Source: Trueperaceae bacterium
Lineage (GTDB): Bacteria > Deinococcota > Deinococci > Deinococcales > Trueperaceae
Assembly: GCA_965215565.1 (NCBI GenBank)
Contig: CBDCDZ010000003.1
Span: 1-23,751 of the forward strand
Length of the DNA stretch: 23,751 nt
Reading direction: 5' to 3'
In this document: positions 1 through 7,600 of the stretch, in pieces
How positions within the stretch are numbered: the first letter of the stretch is position 1
How the letters are laid out: each line of letters starts with the position of its first letter
Notes under the pieces: generated by a model
Databases searched by the model: none
What the model was told of the DNA's origin: nothing
Seen by the model: the letters and a program-made list of their open reading frames with translations, nothing else
Translations under genes and position numbers: made by a program

Positions 1-145
1 TAGACAGTTGGTAGAACCCGAAACTGCCGCGCAGGTTAAGCGGTTAGACAACCTTCAGGCGAAGGCCCGCGAAACTGCCGAGACGAGCGAACACGGGCCG
101 GTGGTGCGCTTGGTACTATGGCTCGAGCGGGTGTTACGGCGCTAA
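1..145 (+). CDS. 3' end (partial) of the MerR-HTH/coiled-coil protein
   Basis: Identical to 10998-11142; TAA at 143-145. Confidence 0.85.
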   Translation, partial: RQLVEPETAAQVKRLDNLQAKARETAETSEHGPVVRLVLWLERVLRR

Positions 146-292
146 ATTGCTACGGTTCACATATCGGATTTGAAAACGAGAAAATACGCTGACCTGCTCT
201 TGAGTCATAGAGTTATGCCCACTTTTTAAGTGCAAGATTCTTCTGTTATTAGGAGATAGCCCTGACTTACAATATGTGTAGAAGGAGAATCT

Positions 293-1031
293 ATGAAACT
301 TGCTCGCCTGTTACCCTTTGCCCTCACGCTCTTGCTTGCCGCCTGCGGTGGCGACGGCCCTACCCCCGTGCCACCGACCGAACCCACGCCGCCCGTTAGC
401 GCCGCCGACCACACCAGTAGACCCGCCGACGGCACCAACGCCGCCGCCCGTACCGCCTCCCACGACCCCTACACCTCCGACAACACCTTTTGACGGACAG
501 TACGCAGGCGATTGGATTTGGGTTGCTGTTTTGCCGGACGACTCGACCCGTACCGGATACTTAACGATTACCGAGGTTGCCGATATTATTCCTTCGTTTA
601 CAGGGGAGCAGGGAGGCTATTTGGAGTGTGATAACAACGATTGCGAGTCCGCACTAGCTAACCCGTCAAGGCAAGGCACTGGAGGTATTGGCACCTCCAC
701 TTTTGAAGGCGCGGAAAGCTTGACCGCGCTTTTTGAAAGTGATGATGGCTTCTTAGAAGTTATTGCTTTCGACCAAGATAATCGCCTTGGAAACGAGATT
801 GACAGCGCTCTTACAACGTTTATTGGCCCAGGTGGATTTTACTCGGGGCCTGATGATGATGACGGCACTGATGTTGTCTTTGGTATAGGGCAGGTAAATG
901 AAGCGCCTCTTTTGCCGCTCAGCTTTGAAAGCTTAGGGCTGAGTCAAAAAGAAATTGACGCGGTACGCGCTTACCAAAAGACAAGTGAGTACTCGAGCGC
1001 TCGCCAGCAGATTAGAGCTTTGGCCCGCTGA
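293..1031 (+). pseudogene. Lipoprotein gene, apparently frameshifted by a 1-nt insertion (probable sequencing error)
   Basis: CCCGTTAGC at 392-400 versus CCCGTAGC in copies 2 and 3, which encode an intact 245-aa protein. RBS AGGAGA lies upstream of ATG 293. Confidence 0.8.
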
Positions 1032-1051
1032 TAGTTTTAGCAACTTTTGAC

Positions 1052-1078
1052 GAAAGGGCACCCGAAAGCGCTCTTTTC
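1052..1078. terminator. Possible bidirectional terminator between the convergent lipoprotein gene and the minus-strand gene
   Basis: AAAGGGC...GCTCTTTT imperfect stem flanked by A and T tracts, about 20 nt after the lipoprotein stop. Confidence 0.35.
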
Positions 1079-1145
1079 CAACTCACCCTATGAACCCTAA
1101 TGCTCGCCCTATCTGGTGCTGGGTGGGCAACGGTGCGATAACGGC

Positions 1146-1427
1146 TTACGCTGCGACCGCCATAACGTTTGCAATCGGGACAAGGCTATGAACCTCATCC
1201 CAGACGCCGTAATCAACCCGCTCGACCTGCGTAGTGAAGGCGTAAGGCTGTGGCGAGAACACGACCTCATCTCGGATAAGGTCAGCGAAAGCGACGCGCC
1301 GGTTTACCTTGTCGGCACCTTCGACGAGAGCGTACCCGTAAGAGAGGGTGCTCGAGACTGCAACCACTACGCCGAGCCCCTTTACCGTTGCGCCTAAAAG
1401 CTTTGTTTGTCTGGGTGTATTCTGCAC
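1146..1427 (-). CDS. Hypothetical protein, 93 aa, divergent from the XRE-HTH gene
   Basis: GTG start with GGAG 6 nt upstream; TTGCAA-N17-TAGTAT promoter upstream. Confidence 0.7.
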   Translation of the reverse strand: MQNTPRQTKLLGATVKGLGVVVAVSSTLSYGYALVEGADKVNRRVAFADLIRDEVVFSPQPYAFTTQVERVDYGVWDEVHSLVPIANVMAVAA

Positions 1428-1488
1428 TTGGAACTCCGTTTCTAGCTGAGCAGTTAAGTTGTCCAGACCGGACTGCTTAGCTATCTTT

Positions 1489-1517
1489 ATACTACTGCAA
1501 TGTCAGTAGTATTGCAA
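1489..1517 (-). promoter_or_regulatory. Sigma70-type promoter (-35 TTGCAA 1517-1512, 17 nt, -10 TAGTAT 1494-1489) overlapped by a palindromic operator ATACTACTG-N6-CAGTAGTAT (1489-1512)
   Basis: Consensus spacing read directly; perfect 9-bp inverted repeat in the divergent intergenic region next to an XRE-HTH gene. Confidence 0.65.
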
Positions 1518-1535
1518 GTACCATAGCGGCGTGTG

Positions 1536-1544
1536 TGCTACTAT
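1536..1544 (+). promoter_or_regulatory. Extended -10 (TGCTACTAT) 6 nt before ATG 1551, implying a leaderless mRNA for the antitoxin-toxin operon
   Basis: TGn-TACTAT-N6-ATG geometry with no Shine-Dalgarno. Confidence 0.6.
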
Positions 1545-1550
1545 ACAGAC

Positions 1551-1928
1551 ATGGTTACTTGGAAACTACGCGACTACCTAGACGCGCACAACGTCAGCGC
1601 CTACGCCCTCAGCAAGTCAACCGACCTAGCACCCAGCACTGTCTACGCCCTTGCACGCGGCGACCAGGGCCGGGTAGACCTAGCGGTGCTCGACAAAGTG
1701 CTAGCAGCTTTAGAGCAGCTCACCGGGCAAACCGTGACGTTTAACGACCTGTTAGAACGTCAGAGGCAAGACGACGCTGCAATCTTAAAAGAAGATGAGG
1801 ACTTGCTGTTAGCGTCCGGTACTGCCGACTTGCAAGAAACACTAGACGAGATAGAAGCCGACCTGCCAGCGGGTGAGGTAGATACCTGGCTCGAGTCATT
1901 CCGTCAAGCGGCTGACGCAAACGGGTGA
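1551..1928 (+). CDS. XRE/Cro-C1 (HTH_26-like) regulator with acidic C-terminal tail; probable antitoxin
   Basis: MVTWKLRDYLDAHNVSAYALSKSTDLAPSTVYALARG is a Cro/C1-type HTH; D/E-rich C-terminal half; stop overlaps the toxin start (GTGA). Start moved from 1533 to ATG 1551. Confidence 0.8.
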   Translation: MVTWKLRDYLDAHNVSAYALSKSTDLAPSTVYALARGDQGRVDLAVLDKVLAALEQLTGQTVTFNDLLERQRQDDAAILKEDEDLLLASGTADLQETLDEIEADLPAGEVDTWLESFRQAADANG

Positions 1929-2290
1929 ACCCACGCAAACCGTACCCCCGGCAGAGCATTGTGCTCGTCCGGCTTGACCCGGTAGTAGGCAGTGAACAGG
2001 GCAAAGTGCGCCCGTGCATCGTCGCTACTGACGCCGCAACCGTCCGGCAGTCTCGAGCCCGTTTGCTCTACTCGGTTGTGCCGTTGACGCACTCCCAGAC
2101 CTTAGTAGGGCCGTTAGCACCGCGCATAAAGGCCCGTGCGGGCGGCTCACCGTCTGACGGGGTAGCACTTTGTATGCACGTCCGCACGGTAGACCCGGCG
2201 CGGGTAGTCGGCTACGTCGGCACGCTCGACGAGGACGAGTATCAACCTGTCAGCCGAGGTTTGGGCGTGCTGCTGGGGCTTTCGTCGTGA
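1925..2290 (+). CDS. mazF: PemK/MazF family endoribonuclease toxin
   Basis: LDPVVGSEQGKVRPCIV, VVPLT and ALCMHVRTVDPARV match the PemK/MazF signature (DPxxGxEQxxxRPxxV...VVPxT...QxRxxDxxR); 121 aa. Confidence 0.92.
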   Translation: MNPRKPYPRQSIVLVRLDPVVGSEQGKVRPCIVATDAATVRQSRARLLYSVVPLTHSQTLVGPLAPRIKARAGGSPSDGVALCMHVRTVDPARVVGYVGTLDEDEYQPVSRGLGVLLGLSS

Positions 2291-2475
2291 GGCGCTACGG
2301 GGTGAGTAGCGAGGTAGCGGCCCGTAATGGCGCTGTAAATGTTCAGGATGTCACTACCTGTAAAGAGGTCGAGAGGATAACGCAGATAAAGGGATGCCCC
2401 TCAAGTTTTCTTAAACAAGCATGTTATGTGGACTTCGTTCACGGCAAATACATAGGCTCGTGAAGGGTAGGGGCA

Positions 2476-3006
2476 ATGGGGCGGCGGCGTAAAAACGAGT
2501 CTAAAGAAGAACCTTTAGTGTCTATTGACGTTACGAAAAAACAGTTTGACCTTCTATCTTGGGTTTACAACGAGGGATATGGCATTGGAGCCAGCAGAAC
2601 ACGTTGGAGTCCTACGGCTTATCAAGGCCGTAAGCTGACAAGCGCTGAAGCTGCAACGCTTTCAAACAGAGTTAAAACGCTTGTGGAACGTCACCTCTTA
2701 AATCGTGATGGCAACGAGGTAACACTAACTGACTTAGGTCGTGAAGCTATCGACCACTTCATACGCACCCACCCGGAAGCAGTCAATAATGTTACGAAAG
2801 AGATGCTAGCGCTTGACGGTGATGTTAGGTTGCTGGGCTCACTTTACAAAGTGCGCGATGGTTTCATACGCTACCGCCGGGCTTCAGGTCTAACAAAAGA
2901 AGAGGCAGAGCTTACGCTTAAACATTTTGATGCTTTGCATAAAACGGTTATCAGCCAGGTACAGCAAAGGTTAGAAATCATCACAGAAGAAGCACTGCAA
3001 AAGTAG
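2476..3006 (+). CDS. Winged-helix (MarR-like) domain protein, 176 aa
   Basis: ATLSNRVKTLVERHLLNRDGNEVTLTDLGREAI resembles a wHTH recognition helix plus wing (LTxxG); helical C-terminus; more AT-rich than the rep operon. Confidence 0.65.
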   Translation: MGRRRKNESKEEPLVSIDVTKKQFDLLSWVYNEGYGIGASRTRWSPTAYQGRKLTSAEAATLSNRVKTLVERHLLNRDGNEVTLTDLGREAIDHFIRTHPEAVNNVTKEMLALDGDVRLLGSLYKVRDGFIRYRRASGLTKEEAELTLKHFDALHKTVISQVQQRLEIITEEALQK

Positions 3007-3281
3007 CTCATCAATTAAGTTAGCTGCTATTTTGCTAAATTACGCCTATTTTTTAGCATTATTTACTGACCTTTTATGCCGTCTGGCATGATGTTTCATG
3101 TACTTGCCGAACAGATGCAACATAGGCTAGACTATGAGAGACTACGAACCCCGCCATACACCTTTTGGTGTGCAATGATGCGGCGATAGGAGGTTACTCA
3201 GTATGTAGCCGAGCCAAAGGAAAGAACGGAAAGCGCTGTAAGTTTCCCGACCTATACGCGATCCGTTCTTTTAGCAAAGCC

Positions 3282-3320
3282 GAGCCCGTGCTAGCGGGCT
3301 CTGTAGTTTTACTTTTACCT
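3282..3320 (+). terminator. Hairpin GAGCCCG-N6-CGGGCTC followed by a T-rich tract
   Basis: 7-bp perfect stem at 3282-3301, then TGTAGTTTTACTTTT. Confidence 0.35.
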
Positions 3321-3391
3321 TCTCACGACCTAAGCCGTACCTTGATATTAGCAGAGAAAGACGTTAATAGAAAGTGTACGCGAGCAACAAA

Positions 3392-3418
3392 GGGTAAAGA
3401 CGGGTAAAGCCGAGTAAA
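3392..3418 (+). repeat. Three 10-bp-phased direct repeats G(G/A)GTAAA upstream of the Xis-like gene
   Basis: GGGTAAA at 3392, GGGTAAA at 3402, GAGTAAA at 3412. Confidence 0.6.
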
Positions 3419-3474
3419 CCTAGAGAGCGCTTAGAACGGGAACCCCACCGAAACGGTGAAGAGGAACCCACTAT

Positions 3475-3669
3475 ATGCAGAACCCCGAAACTAAAGACGC
3501 CTACAGCAAAGATGAGGCCGCAAAGCGCCTCGGTATCGGTTATGTGACGCTCCATAACAAGCTTCTAAAAACCGGTCTACTGCGAACGGTGCGCGTCGGG
3601 ACGAGAGTCCTCATCCCTAAAACCGAACTCGAGCGTTTCCTGACGCCGACCGACCAGAGGGCCGCTTAA
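3475..3669 (+). CDS. Excisionase-like (HTH_17) DNA-binding protein, 64 aa
   Basis: AYSKDEAAKRLGIG...G.LRTVRVGTRVLIPKTELERFL is the typical Xis/HTH_17 pattern; first gene of the coupled operon; GAGG RBS. Confidence 0.88.
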   Translation: MQNPETKDAYSKDEAAKRLGIGYVTLHNKLLKTGLLRTVRVGTRVLIPKTELERFLTPTDQRAA

Positions 3670-4055
3670 TGAAAAAAGCCGCAACCAGGGCGGGCAGCGG
3701 CGGGGGGGCAGCACGGGCTAGTGCTAAAGCAAGTATACCACTTGTAGACCGGCTGAACACCCTACACCGTGAGGTTCAAGCCCACGAGACGCAGATGTTA
3801 CTCAAGGCCCGAGCCGCTGGTGAACTCTTGCTTGAGGTCAAGAAAGCCTTAAAGCACGGCGAATATTTAGTGTGGCTGGCTGAAAACTTTGAAGGGTCAC
3901 AGGCGACGGCGTGGCGTTATACCCGCATTGCTAAGTGCTGGGACGAGATAGCCGCAAATTATTCAAACGTGAATGGTTTGAGTATCTCCAAAGCTCTGCA
4001 CTGTGTCCGCTACGGTTACAGCTCAACCTCTCATCAAAACGGGGCGCACTCATGA
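3669..4055 (+). CDS. DUF3102-like protein, 128 aa
   Basis: AGELLLEVKKALKHGEYLVWLAENFEGSQATAWRYTRIA matches the DUF3102 pattern (GxxLxExK..L.HGxWxxWL....SxxTAxxYMxxA); TAATG coupling. Confidence 0.75.
   Translation: MKKAATRAGSGGGAARASAKASIPLVDRLNTLHREVQAHETQMLLKARAAGELLLEVKKALKHGEYLVWLAENFEGSQATAWRYTRIAKCWDEIAANYSNVNGLSISKALHCVRYGYSSTSHQNGAHS
3670..3726 (-). ncRNA. Candidate ~55-nt antisense RNA (countertranscript) at the head of the rep operon
   Basis: Minus-strand extended -10 TGGTATACT (3740-3732) followed by a GCCGC...GCGGC hairpin (3701-3678) and TTTTTT (3677-3672). Confidence 0.5.
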
Positions 4056-4657
4056 GTGCGCCCCTAAAACTGCACCAAAACCTTGCACAACGCATAAACG
4101 ACGCGCACCGAGCCGGTAATACCGCACTCGGAAACGCTTTAGAGCATTATCACCGGGCCGGGGTACTGCTAAACGGAGTCAAGGCGGAATTACCGCACGG
4201 CACTTGGTTAGGCTGGCTCGAGACTAATTTCGACGGCACACCCCGCACGGCACAGCGTTATATGCGTCTCGCCGACAACTGGACAGCGTTAGAGGCAAAA
4301 ACGACACTCGTGACGCATTTGACACAAGGGTTAAAAGAGCTGAGTAACCCTAAACCGCTGACAGGTGAGCGAGCCGTGCGAGAAGTTATCTTCCCTGGCA
4401 TCCGAGCGGCTAAAGCTCTAGCCGAAGTGCGCGATAAAGTTTTACACCGTCCGCTGTCTTTTGAGACGTACTGCCGAGAGCGCTGGGGGCTTGACGCTGA
4501 CGGCGTAGCGTACACACTAGAGCTTGTCAACCCGGAAAGCGTCCCGTTAAGGAACGCGGCGATAGGTGTGATGCTCGAGCGCGACCTGAGTTTCAAAGGA
4601 GCTATAGACCACATCACAGGCGAGTTTCAGGTGTACATAAGTGGGGGTACAAGGTGA
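4052..4657 (+). CDS. DUF3102-like protein with a second related helical domain, 201 aa
   Basis: AGVLLNGVKAELPHGTWLGWLETNFDGTPRTAQRYMRLA; C-terminal ALAEVRDKVLHRPLSFETYCRERWG. Start placed at the ATGA overlap at 4052 rather than 3935. Confidence 0.78.
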   Translation: MSAPLKLHQNLAQRINDAHRAGNTALGNALEHYHRAGVLLNGVKAELPHGTWLGWLETNFDGTPRTAQRYMRLADNWTALEAKTTLVTHLTQGLKELSNPKPLTGERAVREVIFPGIRAAKALAEVRDKVLHRPLSFETYCRERWGLDADGVAYTLELVNPESVPLRNAAIGVMLERDLSFKGAIDHITGEFQVYISGGTR

Positions 4658-7600
4658 CAGACACCCTCACCCAAGCCATAGAACACGCCGACCTGCGCGA
4701 AATAATAGACGACCTTTACCCAGATGCCGGGGTGCATCTGGGAGCATTTAAGCAGCGCATCGGCGCACCGTGGCGCGGCGGCGATAATCCCGAAGTCGTC
4801 AGCCTCAACTCTAAAACCGCACGCGACCACAAAGCCGCGGAGACCTATACCCCGTTTACGTTTCTTACTGAAGTCGCCGGATATAGCAAAGGGGAGGCCG
4901 CAACCTACTTGATAGGCCGCGCCGGTCTCGCCAACACGCCCCAGGCCAAACGCAAGGCGGCGCGGCGCAAGCGGCAAGACAAAACCGCAGACGTGCGTGC
5001 TGAGGCCATGAGAGCCCGCAGACAAGCCGAGGCGCTGGCATTGCAGCAAACGGCCCCTACAGAGGGCGTCAGCACGTATCTGGGGCGTAAGGGCGTCACT
5101 GAGGTATTCAGCACGCACCGGGTCGCCCCGGCAAAACTACCGAACGGTAAAACCGTACCGGGAATGGTTTACAGCGCAGACAAGCACGGCGCGTTCGTAC
5201 AGCTCGTTTTACACGACCTAGAAGGAATCGTCACCGGGTATCAACGCCTTTACGACGGCGAGCGCGGTAAGCAGTTTGTGTACGGTTCTAAAACGACCGG
5301 CGCGTTTGTGTTGCTCGAGCCGAGCGGCGGGCTACCCAAAACCGCCAAAGCGTTAGGCAACCTCGAGCTAGGGGTTTGCGAAGGGGTTGCAACCGGCGCG
5401 AGCATCTGTCTGGCACGGCCCCACACCGCGATGTTTTGCTCTCTGTCAGCGGGCAACCTAGCAGCCGTTACCGAGGCGCTGAGAGGGCACTACGGCTACA
5501 CCTACCGCGAAAAAGCACGCAAGAAAGACGACTACAAAAGCCGGTTTGCCGTAGACCTCACCGTCTGGGCTGACTTCGACGAAAGCAGAACCGGACAGAT
5601 AGAGGCGCACCGAGCGGCGTTAGCGTCCGGCTGTCACGTCCGGCTACCTAAGTTCAAACACGGCTACGGCGACTTTAACGACCTGCACAAGGCCAAAGGC
5701 TTAGAGGCCGTCAAACGCACCCGCAAGGTAACGCCGGACGTAACGCTAGCCTTTGCTAAAGAACTCGGCAAACAAAAGCTTAGTGCTGACAAACACCTCG
5801 CACCCTTTGCGCTACCGGATAGCGGCGCGGCGCTCATCGTCCGAGCGCCCCAAGAGAGCGGTAAGACGCACCGGTTAGCCGAGCTGCTAGACGATACGCA
5901 CATGGCTGTGCTCGTGGTGACGCACCGCGAAAGCCTAGCCCGGAACCTAGCAGCGCGGCTTAGGTTTGAGTGCTACAACGATTATTCGGCGCATATGTTG
6001 CGAGATATACCCCAGCTCGTGATTTGTTTCGACAGCCTGCAAAAGCTCGAGCTTAACGGGCAACTGCCGAGCTACGATCTACTCGTGCTTGACGAGTCCG
6101 AACAGGTTTTACAGCACACGACCGGGCGGCATATCAAACGCAAGGCGCAAAACTTCGGTGTGTTTGAACACTACTTAAAGACCGCGCCGCGCATCATTGC
6201 AGCGGACGCTAACGCCGGACGGCTGACACACGACACCCTAAAACGCTACAACCCGGAGCGCGTCATCACCTGGCACCGGCACGAGCACCATGTAGCAGCG
6301 GGGCGGCGCTTGCGCTTTACTCACGACCGGGACGACGTACTCGACGCGCTAGAAGCCGAGACCCGGCCCGCCTGGTTAGCAGCGGACAGTCTGCGCTTTA
6401 CTCGTGACGTTGACGCCTATCTGGGCGACCCGGCGACGCTGACGATAAACAGTGAGACTTCGACTACTGACGCGGCGGCGGCGTATCTACTCGACCCGAC
6501 CGGACAGGCCAAAGCGCACGAGCGCATGATTGCGTCACCTTCAGTACAGACCGGACTCAGCGACGATAGCGGACACTGGCAGCACGTCTTAGGTAGCTTT
6601 ACCGGTTACTCGAGCACGCCCCAAGACGCCATGCAAGCCCTTATGCGGGCGCGGCGGGTTAGTGAGCTGACGGTTTACGCTACGCGGGGGCGTGGTGAGC
6701 CTATGAGCGTGCAAGAAGCGTTAGACGACGCGGCGGCGGCTGACGATCACGAGGCCAAAGGGTTGAAACGCGACAGCTACGGCGACCAAAACCCAAGCTA
6801 TGACCGGTTGCAAGCTGAGGTTACGTCACAGCGCTCATGGCGACAGGCAGACTATAAAACCGGACTTGCGCTCGAGGTAGCGCGTCTCGGCTTTAGCGTT
6901 ACCTGCGACGTAGCCTGCGATCTAAAACCTGCTGAGGTTGAAAGACGAGACGACCGGCGCACTGCACTTAAAGAAGCCGGGCTCGAGCGCTACGTCCGCG
7001 ACCGGGTAGCAGCCGAGCGTATTGACGAGGCCCGCGCCAAACTACTTGACGACAAATACACGAGAACGCAACCCGAGCACTTTGCTTTGGAACAGTATCA
7101 GTTACGGGCGTTTTACCGGTTGCCTGACGACGTACCAGACGATCACCTAGCCGAGATGCTGCGCGTAGACGATTACAAGGCGCTGCGCGAAAAGGTTATC
7201 CGCTACGAAAACTTTTTAGAACCGCGTGAGGTTGCCGAGGCGAGGGCGTCCGGCGACCTTGAGGCGGGCGTGCTGCGCGGCGACACCAAAGCGCACCTAC
7301 TCAGGTTTGACTATCACCGCGAACTCGGCAAGGTGGTAGGCATGAACGCCGAAACCGAGGCCCACGCCGAAACCTGGCAGACCGAACAGGACAGGTTAGA
7401 AGGGGAGCTGCACAGCTTGACGGCTGAAGCTAAAGACGCCCAGACGCGGCGCAAAGGTGAGCTACTAAAACAGATTGCCAAGCTCGAGACCGATCTGGCA
7501 GCGCATCGGCTTAAAGATGTCGGGACGACCTACAACGCCAAAAGCGACACGGTTAAGGCGTTCGTCAAATGGTGCTGCAAACACTACCGGGCGCTGAAGC

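Noticed and set aside
355..490. CCG/ACC-rich low-complexity DNA repeat
   Set aside because: Explained by Pro/Thr codons of the lipoprotein linker.
293..493. Programmed frameshift or phase variation in the lipoprotein gene
   Set aside because: The +T is not in a slippery tract, occurs in only one of three copies and lies near the window edge; an error is more likely.
1116..1397. Plus-strand 93-aa ORF
   Set aside because: Shadow of the minus-strand gene, which has an RBS and a consensus promoter.
2170..2463. ORF overlapping mazF (or a 58-aa GTG ORF from 2287)
   Set aside because: No recognisable motif and heavy overlap; the region more likely holds the promoter for 2476. Not fully excluded given the GTGA overlap.
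3165..3555. ORFs 3165-3407 (+) and 3364-3555 (-)
   Set aside because: No RBS or protein-like features; they cross hairpins, repeats and the Xis-like gene.
3475..3669. Integrative element or prophage implied by the excisionase-like gene
   Set aside because: The whole unit is visible and has no tyrosine or serine recombinase, att-like tRNA fragment or virion genes.
3935..4051. Longer start for the second DUF3102-like gene
   Set aside because: Overlaps the upstream gene by about 120 nt; the ATGA-coupled start at 4052 fits the operon pattern.
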